Assembly (NCBI RefSeq): GCF_006345805.1
Contig: NW_021832836.1
Span: 1-64,000 of the forward strand
Source: Octopus sinensis
Lineage: Eukaryota
Reading direction: 5' to 3'
Length of the DNA stretch: 64,000 nucleotides
Of the stretch, positions 41,271-62,307 are shown piece by piece. The notes under the pieces are model-generated. The model searched no databases. It saw only the letters and a list, made by a program, of their open reading frames with translations, and was not told where the DNA came from. A program made the translations under genes and the position numbers. Within the stretch, counting starts at the first letter, position 1, and each line of letters opens with the position of its first letter.

Positions 41271-43590
41271 TTTGTTCACTTTTTTATGCTTATTTTGACA
41301 CAGTTTTTTCTCTGAAAACGTTCGTGATTTCAGTGATCTCTTTGGTTAACTGATCGATAATAACATTATATATTGACACATTTTGTTTTTTGAAAAATTT
41401 TGAGATTGTAGTTATCTTTTCTGTGAATACAAGTTCACTGATTGATAATAAGAATATATTTACTCAAGGTATCACTGAAACGAAAAGTTTTTAGAAAAGA
41501 AAATGGGTCAAAATATTGCAAATAAGCAGTAAAAAACAACAAATTTGAATCAGCAATTTTATTCACTTTTCCATGCTTATTTGCAATATTTGAAAACATT
41601 TTGTTTTTTGAATACTTATGTAGTTTCAGTGATCTCTTGGTTATTATTAATCAAGTAACTAATATTTACTGATAAGTTATTAGTATGAACAGTTTTTCTT
41701 ATTAAAAATACACGTCACTTATGTGTAAAAGGTACACTAAAAAACGATTTCTTATTTGGAAATTTGTTTAGTTTTTCATGATTTTTTACAATATTTTGTG
41801 AGTTTTCTATGAAATTTTGTGATCACTGTTGCAAATTGAAATATGTTGATTTTTGTGGTATCTATTACACATATGTGACGTATTATTTTTCTAACAAAAA
41901 CTTTTCATATTCTTCAGTAAATGATTCACTGAGATCACTGAAAGGTTTCAGAAAATAAAATGTGTCAAAATATTGCAAATAAGCATAAAAAGGTGAACAA
42001 AATTGCTAATTAAATGTGTTGATTTTTTAGTGCTTATTTGCAATACTTTGACTCATTTTGTTTTCTGAAAACCTTTGAGATTTTAGTGATCAGTTAACTT
42101 ATATTCCCGAAAAAGATATTAATACGAAATGTTTTTCCCAGAAAAATGTCATGTCACCAATATGTACGCAGTATTTTAAAATACAAGAAATCTGAGTTTA
42201 CTTATGAATGCCTTTCCTCCCTTGGACACAAAGACCTGTTGAGGCAAGCGAAGTCGATATAGAACCTCATCCGACGACAGGCACCCATGCCAACCCCCCT
42301 TTGCTTGCGAAGACATGTTGGGGCAAGCGAAATCGAAATCGAAGTCAAAATCGAATTGAACCAGCCAGGATCCCTGGTCTGGTGGTACGTAAAAAGCACT
42401 ATCCGACTCGTGGCCGATGCCAGCGCCGCCTCCACTGGCTTCTGTGCCGGTGGCACGTAAAATACACCAATCTGACCGTACGACAGGCACCCATGCCAAC
42501 CCCCTTGCTTGCGAAGACATGTTGGGGCAAGCGAAATCGAATCGAACCAGCCAGGTTCCCTGGTCTGGTGGCACGTAAAAAGCACTATCCGACTCGTGGC
42601 CGATGCCAGCGCCGCCTCCACTGGCTTCCGTGCCGGTGGCACGTAAAATACACCAATCGGACCGTACAACAGGCACCCATGCCAACCCCTTGCTTGCGAA
42701 GACATGTTGGGGCAAGTGAAATCGAAATCGAAATCGAATTGAACCAGCCAGGATCCCTGGTCTGGTGGTACGTAAAAAGCACCATCCGACTTGTGGCCGA
42801 TGCCAGCACCGCCTCGTCTGGCTTCCGTGCCGGTGGCACATAAAATACACCAATCCGACCGTGGCCGTTGCCAGCCTCGCCTGGCACCTGTGCAGGTGGC
42901 ACATAAAAAGCACCCACTACACTCACGGAGTGGTTGGCGTTAGGAAGGGCATCCAGCTGTAGAAACACTGCCAGATAAGACTGGAGCCTGGTGCAGCCTT
43001 CTGGCTTCCCAGATCCCCGGTCGAACCGTCCAACCCATGCTAGCATGGAGAACAGACGTTAAACGATGATGATGATGATGATGATGATGATATGCTTATT
43101 TTAAATATGTAGCTTTCTATGAGGTTTTATGACTGCAAATTGAAATTTGTTAGTGTAACTTTTTCACATATTTTTCTAAGTAAAACTTTTCAGTAAACAT
43201 TATTTAATAAGATAATATTTACCGAACAGATCAATCAAATAACAAAAGTTTTTAGAAAACTAAATGTCATAAAATATTGCAAATAAGCATAGGAAAGTAA
43301 GCAAAATTGCAAATTCAAATGTGTCGTTTTTAAAATACTTTGTACACATTTGTGACATGACATTTGCAAATTTCTTCTGTTTTTCATGCTATATTTTCAC
43401 ACTTTTTTTCTGTAACAAAAGTGAACAAAATTACTAATTCAAATTTGTTGATTTTTAGTGCTTATTCAATGTTGATCTCAGAAAAATGTCATGTCGCAAA
43501 TGTGTACAAGGTATTTTAAAACACAAATTTAAATTTGCAATTTTGTTTATTTTCCTATGCTTATTTTTTTTCACATTTGTATTCTCCGTA
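41270..43590. repeat. Older, degenerate continuation of the same fold-back repeat, interrupted by a retro-insertion
   Basis: Diverged tcaaaatattgcaaataagc / gcttatttgcaata motifs occur in both orientations. Inverted pair tttaaaatactttgtacacatttgtgacatgacattt (~43329) / aaatgtcatgtcgcaaatgtgtacaaggtattttaaa (~43484). Confidence 0.75.
42207..43090 (+). mobile_element. SINE-like non-autonomous retroposon with internal ~190-200 bp tandem triplication and (GAT)n tail
   Basis: Abrupt GC-rich block in AT-rich DNA. Units start at 42275, 42481 and 42667. The 3' module ggttggcgttaggaagggcatccagctgtagaaac...aacccatgctagcatgga...acgttaaac(gat)n recurs at 47460-47625 and 48880-49035. Confidence 0.85.
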
Positions 43591-43665
43591 GCCGAAAACG
43601 TTTGCGTAGAAAAAAGGGGTGTTTTGGCGGGGGTATAAAAGGAAGTCTTGCCTATAAAAAGTCAT

Positions 43666-43746
43666 GGAGTTGATTCATTCGACTAAAACCCTTCAAGACA
43701 TTGCCACAGTATGGCCGCAGTCTAATAACTGAAACAGGTAAAAGAT
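43666..43746 (+). mobile_element. 3' fragment of the SINE family seen at 46021-46463
   Basis: agtatggccgcagtctaataactgaaacaggtaaaaga is the reverse complement of the cttttacttgtttcagtcatttgactgtggccatgct end at 46021. Confidence 0.65.
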
Positions 43747-44244
43747 ATATATATCACGCGCACGATCCAAACGGTATATATAAAATCTCTTCGAAATTCC
43801 ACCAATTACTGATGTAAAAAGGAAGGACATTACTGTATCTATTTTCACACAATTGAAAGTCGCGGGAAAATAATGGAATGCGAGATGAAAACGTTTGAAT
43901 GTCATCTTTGGCCAAATCAATGTTTGACGAGTCTGAACAACCGATCAAGGGGAGGTAAGTCACATGGCAAAAAGTATGGGTCTAATTCTAAGGGAGATAA
44001 GTCTAATTACTAAGTACTCTTACAAGTCTCAAGCGTACATCTCTCTCTCTCTCTCTCTAGTCATCTGTCTATTGATCGCTTGATCTGTCCTAATTATTTA
44101 TCTTCCAATGTGCTTTTATATCCATAAACCTTTTATATATCCTTAATCTCTTACATCCATGAACACTTAAAACTACTTAAATTGGCATTGTGAAAATCCC
44201 AACTTCTTCGATTTTGACTTTTTTCTGCGACACTAAACATAAAA

Positions 44245-44290
44245 CCCTAACCCTAAAACCGTAACCTTAACCTTAACCCTAAAACCGTAA
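44245..44290. repeat. Short degenerate (CCCTAA)n-like tract
   Basis: ccctaaccctaaaaccgtaaccttaaccttaaccctaaaaccgtaa. Confidence 0.7.
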
Positions 44291-44994
44291 CAGAAATGTT
44301 TTGAAAGTTTTGTCCGAATCCTGATGTCCGAATTTCTTTAAAAAATTTATTACAAAGATTTTTGGAAATTTTTTTCAGAATCATAAATCTCCGTATTTTT
44401 CCGCATATTTTGAAAATAAAAAATTCTGAAGAAAGTTTAAAATTAAGGAAATGGGGTGGGGGTAATCTAGAAATGTCGATTTTTGCAAGTTTTTTTTAGC
44501 AGATTCGTATTCATCGTGACCGAAAAGTGGGGTTTGTGTCGAAAAGAAGAAAAGTTTTTAAAAAGGTGTTTATTTTGGGTGGGGAGACGGGCGGAAGTCT
44601 TGCCGCAAAACTTTTATATCACGAAAATTAGACCTCCTTTTATTCTACTGCCATTTTAATTGCTTGTAATTTATTTTATTTCACCTCTGCCTTCCTAACC
44701 GCTTCTATCAACACTGTTACCCTGCTGTCTTACTGTACTAATTACGAGTGTCTTCATTTATATTTTTACCCCTGGCACAAGAATATATCTCCAATTTCAA
44801 GACCTTTATACGGATTGAGTTGAACACGGCACTGCAGGTCAGCAAATCGTTCAGCTTTGCTTCTACATCTGCTCTGTTTATGGCACTGAAACACCACACC
44901 ACGCTCAGTCATAATGGAAAGGCATGAATCATTGTCATATTGGAATATTCTTTGTTACTCTAACGACAACTATTTGTACTGCTGTTATTATAAT

Positions 44995-45408
44995 CCGACT
45001 GAGGCGCTGAACTGACAGAATCGTTAGCAAGCCGGGAAAAATGCATAGCGGCATTTCGTCCGTCTTTACGTTCTGAGTTCAAATTCTGTCGAGGTCAACT
45101 TTATCCTTTTGGGGTCGATAAACTAAGTACTAGTAATCGACTTGTTCCCCCACTACACTCTCGAAATTGCAGGCCTTGTACCAAAATCTGAAACCATTAT
45201 TACATTCCGAGTTAAGGCACTGAACTAGCAGAAACTTTGGCATCTCGTCCGTCTTTACGTTCTTAGTTCAAACTCTACCGAGGTCTACTGAGAACTTTTA
45301 TCCTTTGGAGGTTGGCATAATAAGTACTAGTTGAGTACTGAGGTCGATGTAATCGACTTATCCCTTGAGCTAAAGCTGTTGGCCTTGTACCAAAATATGA
45401 AACCAATA
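44995..45408 (+). mobile_element. Two tandem copies of a ~200-bp SINE
   Basis: Copies at ~44995-45195 and ~45205-45408 share ctgaact...cagaa, tcgtccgtctttacgttct(g/t)agttcaaa (B-box-like gttcaaa), taagtactagt, aatcgactt and ggccttgtaccaaaat(c/a)tgaaacca. Confidence 0.8.
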
Positions 45409-46020
45409 TTGATGTGTAGCTTACAACAAGTTTGGCAAAAGAAACTGATACAATACAACAATACATCAGCAGGCTTTAAAAAAACAAAAAGATAAGTCCT
45501 GGGCTTGATTCATTCAATTAAAAAGTTCTTCAAGGAGGTGCCCCAGCAAATGATAAAAAATAGATATAAAATGATATTACAAGCTTAATGATGACTTATA
45601 TTCAAATTAGTCATGAAGAACCAAAAATAAGACTGAAATATCCCACTGAAAAATTCAAAGATGTAAATGTAACAAAATTTAGAACCTAGAGGAGAATTTC
45701 AATTTGTCTTGTATTAAATGTAATTCCTTCAAAGTCACATGTTTCTTGTACTGAATGCAAATGGTCAAGAATTAAAAGAGTTTGAAAGAATAACAACTGA
45801 TGGTAAGAAATCAATTGAGAGGAAAAAATTTGAGAGCAGAAACAGAAAAGAGAAAAAAAGGGTAAATAATGGCAGTAAAAAGGCTGTGGAATTAATAGAA
45901 GAGCTGTGAAAATAGAAGTCCCAGAGTAAATAAAGAAGAAGAGGCCAAATTGTTTACAATTTAAAATTAAACTAAAAAAAATGGGTCCTAAATTTCAAGT
46001 TGTTAAAGATTAATATGACT

Positions 46021-46463
46021 CTTTTACTTGTTTCAGTCATTTGACTGTGGCCATGCTGGAGCACTGCCTTTAGTCAAGCAAATCGACCCCAGGACTTATT
46101 CTTTGTAAGCCTATTCTATCAGTCTGTTTTTGCCAAACCGCTAAGTTACGGGGATGTAAATATACCAGCATCGGTTAAGTGATGTTGGTGGGGACAAACA
46201 GACACACAAACATATACACACACATACATATATACACACATACATACATATACTTATACATACATATATATACACACACACACATATATATATATATATA
46301 CATATACACACACACATATATACGATGGGCTTCTTTCAGTTTCCATCTACCAAATCCACTCACAAGGCTTTAGTAGAAGACACTCGCCCAAGGTGCCACG
46401 CAGTGAGACTGAACCTAGAACCATGTGGTTCGTAAGCAAGCTAGTTAGCACACAGCCACTCCT
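46021..46463 (-). mobile_element. tRNA-derived SINE with an internal CA/TA microsatellite
   Basis: The minus strand starts aggagtggctgtgtg (A box)...ggttctaggttcagtctc (B box)...ggcaccttgggcgagtgtcttctact and ends actgaaacaagtaaaag. A second copy lies at 60885-61082. Confidence 0.85.
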
Positions 46464-47164
46464 ACACAACCAACACATGAGAGTAAATGAAAAAATAGAA
46501 AGAGGATTCTGTGACATGACTGAGCATTTGAGGGTAGCAATATATTAAATCAATAAAGAAATTAAGCCACCCCTTTAATATACAGCAAGACCAGTCAGAA
46601 ATCACTTTGGTAGAAGTTAAATAAGTAATTAGGAAAGTAAAATGTGATAAATTACTTGGAGCAGATAACATAAGCACAGAATTGTTAATGGAAGGAGGTG
46701 AATATGTGAGAGAGAGAGACTGTTTGTAAAATATATAAAAGTGTTTTACTAACTGGACTGTGGCCAAGTAACTGGCCAGAACCAATTGTTATGTCCCGGC
46801 TGGGAAACGGTTACACCAAAAAGTGTAAAAACAACCATGTAGTTTGTTTAATTAGGTTTTTAAGCTGTGATTTACTTTGAATAAAACCAACATTAAAAAT
46901 GGCAGAGAAATATAGGCTGGGTTCCAAGACGGGAGAAACATGGGAGTTGATTTGTAACATGGAATGAAGCAGAAAAATGGGATATTTTCCAGAATTTCAG
47001 AGATTTAAAAAGAAAACCTTTTGAGTGTAGCAGTAAAGGTTAGAAAATCGTTATTTAATGAACAGCTAAAATAACTGGTTTAAAACAACGATTGGTGTCA
47101 GACAAGGGTGGATTGTTTCACCAAGCTTTTTCATTCTATTTCTAGATCACATATTATTTCCACC

Positions 47165-47625
47165 TCTCAATTTCTCTGTCACACTCTAACCTTTCATCAT
47201 TTGGCACTGGATCACCTCCTCTAACAGCAAGACACCTGTTTCTGTTTCTTTGCCACACTAACTTTCATCCTCTGACACAAACGCCTTGCACCTCTAATAA
47301 TTCCTTGTCTTGCGAGTCTCTTGGTTACCCTACCAGTTCTGGTACCATGTTAAAAGCATCCAGGCCTCACTGTAATGTGGTTGGTGTCTGGAAGGGCATC
47401 CATCTGTAAAAATCATGCCAAAACTAACCATGCCTGTGTTAGTGCCATGTAAAAAGCAGCGGGTCCACTCTGGAGAGTGGTTGGAGTTAGGAGAGGCATT
47501 CATCTGTAAAATCCCTGCCAAAACAGACACCGTAGCCTAAGGTAGATTTTCTACCTGGCCGGTTCCTGTCAACTGTCCTACCCATGCATGCATGGAAGAT
47601 GGACGTTAACCGATGATAATGATAC
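47165..47625 (+). mobile_element. Diverged retroposon of the gaagggcatcca/(GAT)n-tail family nested in the LINE fossil
   Basis: Duplicated module gtggttgg...ggaagggcatccatctgtaaaa and tail acccatgcatgcatggaagatggacgttaaccgatgataatgat. The left boundary is approximate. Confidence 0.75.
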
Positions 47626-48290
47626 TAACAGAAGTTCCTGAATGTTTTGTGGGAAAATGCTAGAAGAGACATAGAGGAATTGGTTTCATTGATCCAAAAT
47701 TATTGTTTTAATAATAATTTTAGCTTAATAAAACAAAACCTAGAATTTAGGAATCCAAGAAGATATGGAATGGTAATAAGTGCTGAAAAGCAAAAGAAGG
47801 ATGTCCCTCACCCATCCAACCAACTCCAGGAGTAAACTGAGACAAGGAGAGATCTGTGCCCTGCATAAAATACAAATTGATTGATTGATTGGACTCTTTC
47901 CATGTGACTAAAATTGCTGGACTAAGCCCACCTAGTCCACACTCTAAGTGTACCTTGTAATCTTAATTTCACTAAGGTCACTACCAGAATCTGAGAGTGT
48001 ACAGAAATAAACTGGACATTGGAGAATATGTCCAGATTCTATGTGGACAGTGTACAATGTGTCCAGATAGGAAGCTGTATGCTTAACTAGGGTGTTTGAA
48101 TGTGTCATACAGTTCTTGTTTGAGAGCGGGAAGGGCACTTCTTAAAAGACTTGTGGGTCACATCTTGTTTGACTGACCATCTGCATGTCTTGAGGGTTTG
48201 ATTGAGGCTGACCTGGAACATCTCAACATCTCAGCCATGTAAATCAGTCAGAATTTCGAACAGTAAAAAATAGACACATTTGCGATAATT

Positions 48291-48425
48291 CTTTCTGATT
48301 TTGGTACAAGGACAGCGATTTTTTTGAAGGAAGGGGTCAATTACACTGACCTTAGTATATGACTGGTATTTAATTGAGATCTTTGGTGATTTGCTGTGCT
48401 TGAGATGACGTCGAGCTTAATGAAA
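48291..48425 (-). mobile_element. Degenerate fragment of the 44995-45408 SINE family
   Basis: tttctgattttggtacaagg is the reverse complement of ccttgtaccaaaatctgaaa with one mismatch. Confidence 0.55.
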
Positions 48426-48437
48426 TCATAGTTGTGG

Positions 48438-48880
48438 CCATGCTGCTGACACATAAAGAGCACCTATGCTGGCAACATGTATAGGGCACCCGTGCTGCTG
48501 ACGTGTAAAGGGTACTTGTGCTGCCAACATGTAAAGGGGGCAACTGTGCCACTGACAAGTAAATGGAACCTGTACCACTGACACGTACAAGGTACTTGTG
48601 TTGTCAACACATAAGGGGCACCTGTGCCGCCGACACGTACAGGGCACCCGTTCCGCTAGCACATAAAGAGCACTTGTGTCGCCGGCACATAAAGAGCACT
48701 TGTAGCGCCGGCACATAAAGGGCACTTGTACTGCCGGCATGTAAAGGGCACCTATGCGCCGGCACGTAAAGGGCACCTGTGCCGCCGGCACGTAAAGGGC
48801 ACCTGTGCTGCTGACATGTAAAGGGCACTTGTGCCGCCGACACGTAAAGAGCACTTGTGCCGCTGACACGTAAAAGGGCA
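48438..48880 (+). repeat. 26-bp GC-rich minisatellite, ~17 copies
   Basis: Unit gccgccggcacgtaaagggcacctgt, with consecutive units at 48781, 48807 and 48833. Confidence 0.92.
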
Positions 48881-49035
48881 TCCAGTACACTGTAAATTGG
48901 CTGGTTAGGAAGGGCAACCAGCCAATAGAAATCAGGCCAAAACAGACTGGAGCCTGCTACAGCTCTCCAGCTTACCAGTCCCAGTCAAACCGTGTGACTC
49001 ATGCTAGCATGGAAAACAGAAGCTAAATGATGATA
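48880..49035 (+). mobile_element. 3' module of the (GAT)n-tail retroposon, continuous with the minisatellite
   Basis: ggttaggaagggcaaccagcc...agactggagcctg...catgctagcatggaaaacagaagctaaatgatgat matches 42930-43090. Confidence 0.8.
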
Positions 49036-49537
49036 TTGACCTTGGAAGAAATGAAAAGCAAAACAGACCTCGCCAGAATTTGAACACAAAACAGCATAAA
49101 TCGGAAAGGAATGCAGCAAAGTATTTAGTCCAACATGCTAATGACTGGGCCAGCTTGCTGCCTGACAAACATTTATAATAATGAAAAAAAAAGTCCAAAA
49201 TCTTTTTAGAATTATTTTTATTTATAATAAGTTGAAATTAAATATTTTTCTTTCATAAAATTAAAAATAAAAAAGATTTCTCAAAAAAGTGAACAACAAA
49301 CATGACTCCACTTGGTTTGAACTTCTGGCCACACACTCGTCCTGCACATTTTTATAATTACTGTTATCAAGGATATCCTTCATTCGCACATACACATATA
49401 AGGCACCTGTTTTAATTGTATGGCTTTTTTAAGTTGCTGAATGAGAATAATAATAGAATAATGTAGAAAAGTTCATTGTACAGAAAGGAAAAAAAGTTTG
49501 TTTTATATTACAATATTTGTAGCCACCCAACTCCTGT

Positions 49538-59628
<10,091 letters not shown>

Positions 59629-59629
<1 letters not shown>

Positions 59630-59812
59630 GACAATTATTCGGTAGCCACGATAAAACTCTGAGTTTTGGATGTCGGGATGGAAATCCACACCGCCATCTC
59701 TTTAGTTATCTGGCTATCAGAAAAATGCATTTTTCCGATGGCTGGATAGCTCAAGATTTGGCAGCATGGATTTCCACCTCGGAGTTTTATCATGGCTACC
59801 AAATAATTGTCA
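59629..59812. mobile_element. 184-bp palindromic MITE-like element, copy 1
   Basis: Terminal inverted repeat tgacaattattcggtagccacgataaaactctgag / ctcggagttttatcatggctaccaaataattgtca (3 mismatches), nested inner inverted repeats and a central palindrome gaaaaatgcatttttc. Confidence 0.8.
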
Positions 59813-59954
59813 CATATTACATTTACAGATATATATATAGATAGATACATACATGCCCACACACATATGTATGTATGTATATATATATACACAATCACAC
59901 ACACACACATATATATATATTATATATATGCATATATATATTATATATATATGC

Positions 59955-59985
<31 letters not shown>

Positions 59986-60042
59986 GCATATAATATATAT
60001 ATATATATATGCATATATATATTATATATATATATATATATA

Positions 60043-60226
60043 TGACAATTATTCGGTAGCCACGATAAAACTCTGAGTTTTGGATGTCGGGATGGAAATC
60101 CACACCGCCATCTCTTTAGTTATCTGGCTATCAGAAAAATGCATTTTTCCGATGGCTGGATAGCTCAAGATTTGGCAGCATGGATTTCCACCTCGGAGTT
60201 TTATCATGGCTACCAAATAATTGTCA
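60043..60226. mobile_element. 184-bp palindromic MITE-like element, copy 2 (tandem duplication, 414-bp offset)
   Basis: Apparently identical to 59629-59812, including ~110 bp of right flank. Confidence 0.8.
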
Positions 60227-60884
60227 CATATTACATTTACAGATATATATATAGATAGATACATACATGCCCACACACATATGTATGTATGTATATATAT
60301 ATACACAATCACACACACACACATATATATATATATATACATATATATACATGTATGTATATATGGTAGATGGATGGCTGAGGATGTAGAGCATTGAACA
60401 AACATACCTAGTGGTATGTGGTATTTTGTTTACAATCCTTTGTTTTAAGGTGAAATCCTACCTGGTTCATTCTTCCAAGGCAGCAGTAAGTAGCAAGGGA
60501 GTGGGGCATTAACATAACCCAGTATATTACTGGTGGTGGCGTTCATGCCCCCCTCCCCAAATAATGGTCACATTCCAATGACTAAAACAGTAACTAATCG
60601 GTTGACTATATTCTCTTTCTGTGTGTTTGTTCTCCGACACATCAAAAGGTATTTACCATCTATTTCCGCACCCTTGCTATCCCTGTACTACTTGGAAATA
60701 CCGAGAGGTCTTTCAATTAGAACTGTCTGTGTATTTTATCAACATCAACATCTATTTTGTTCAATTAATCCTTTTAAATACAATTTGCTTCAAGTAATTA
60801 ACTACAAAATAGAATATTTATCACCCTTAGCAAGTCCTCTCCCACCTCTCTCTCTTATATATATATATATATATATAAAAAATG

Positions 60885-61082
60885 TGTTTCGTCATTAGAC
60901 TGTGGCCAGGCTGGGGCACACACACATGTGTGTGATGGGCTTCTTTCCGTTTCCATCTGCCAAATCCACTCACAAGTCTTTGGTCAGAATAAAGCTATAG
61001 TAGAAGACACTTGCTCAGAATGCCTCATAGTGGGACTGAACTTGGAGCCATGTGGTTGGGAAGCAAGCTTCTTACCACACTG
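60885..61082 (-). mobile_element. Internally deleted copy of the tRNA-derived SINE at 46021-46463
   Basis: gactgtggcca...gatgggcttcttt...ccaaatccactcacaag...agtagaagacact...gggactgaac...ccatgtggtt...agcaagct. Confidence 0.8.
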
Positions 61083-61324
61083 CAATATGTATGTCGTTAT
61101 GTTGAGTTGTAATAAAACAGCTTAACATTAAAATGGAGAATTACTCAGGACATTTTATGGACCACATATATATAATTAGTTTTATAAGAAGAGAGGCTGA
61201 AGTTTTGGTCTGCTAGCTCTTGTTGGATTCACAGGTCAGCAAACTTAAACATCAAAGACACTGTCACTCCCTTTTAAATTTTATAAATACCTGTCTGTAC
61301 CTATAGATTGACATGGTTTATTAT

Positions 61325-61908
61325 TATCACAATCATCATCATTATTGAGTGAGAGAGCAGTGCATCAAAGTGACACTGGGGTACAAATATACAAAGTCCA
61401 ATATACTCATCGTGACTGCTCGTCTGATAAGAGTACACCATGCTCTTGTATCACAACCACATGAGTGCAACATGGTGATCTCATATCAGGATAAACAGCG
61501 CTTGACTCTGCAGGTGAGGGCCCAGTTAGAATTTTCTTTAGGTCAAGTAGCCCATCCCACTCAAAAGGAATCTGAAGAAGGGTTGTTTAAGGATGCTGAA
61601 TAAAACACCCATATTTCCAGAGGTGAATTATCCAAACCCCCAAAAATTCCTCTCGACACATGGCTATGATGTCCCACCACTGTTTCCACTCATGATGAGA
61701 GATGCACATATCATCAGCCACCAAGGGACATGCTCAACTGGTTATGGTCAAACAAATCTGTGGTAGTGAGCAGAATATTTGCTGTAGCCCATCTTTTATA
61801 CCCAGACAAAACAATGTACATGATAACACTTCCAATCAGTTAAGATCAGAAACCATGAGAGCCACTGCCTGGTACCACATCAGTATTATTATCATTATTA
61901 TTATTATT
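61325..61908. repeat. Probable interspersed repeat bounded by (ATC/ATT)n tracts
   Basis: Moderate-GC block flanked by attatc/atcatc microsatellites. It resembles a repeat I recall from octopus assemblies, but there is only one copy here, so it cannot be verified in the window. Confidence 0.35.
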
Positions 61909-62307
61909 TAGCCCTTTTGGAAGAATTTACGACAAAAAAAAAATAAATAAAATAAATAACTTGGATTTCAACTTAGAAAATATAGGAAAGTAACTAAATA
62001 CCACAATTTTCATTGTCTGTTGCTCTACTGGTTCTGCTTTCCACCACTTTGATGACTAGCATCATCAATCTTACAAGTCTTATTTTTCCTTGGTTCCAAA
62101 TGTTGTTGTGCTCTCTCACTTGCAATGGCTTCAGATTCTAGCAGTGAGAGAGAGAGAGAGAAAAAAAACCCCCATCTCCAAAACCAAACTTCTGTCTTCT
62201 TTACAAGTCCTAGCTGTATACATACATGCATGCATACTATATTTTTCTGTATCTGTATAGTATGTAATGTATACACATACTTCTGTGTGTATATATGGCA
62301 TTCCACT

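Larger units (their letters stand above)
45600..47810 (+). pseudogene. Fossil non-LTR retrotransposon (RTE-like) reverse transcriptase, disrupted by stops, frameshifts and two nested insertions
   Basis: Manual translation: EITLVEVK*VIRKVKCDKLLGADNISTELLMEGGE (~46598-46700; KAPGxDGIxAE-like motif), *AGFQDGRN (~46913; QAGFRxGRS), NWFKTTIGVRQGWIVSPSFFILFLDHIL (~47072-47155; GVRQGCxLSP) and EELVSLIQN...RRYGMVISAEKQK (ORF 47647-47835; YGMEISAEKTK-like). The left boundary is approximate. Confidence 0.85.

Noticed and set aside
42176-43046. Overlapping 150-245 aa ORFs
   Set aside because: They are products of a GC-rich tandem triplication in a retroposon, with repeated peptides on both strands.
42203-43094. 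tatg as target-site duplication of the retroposon
   Set aside because: Only 4 bp in AT-rich DNA and similar to the (GAT)n tail, so it cannot be distinguished from chance.
44245-44290. True or interstitial telomere
   Set aside because: Under 50 bp and degenerate, with only about three perfect hexamers.
48370-48917. Cys-rich ORFs
   Set aside because: They are translations of the 26-bp minisatellite.
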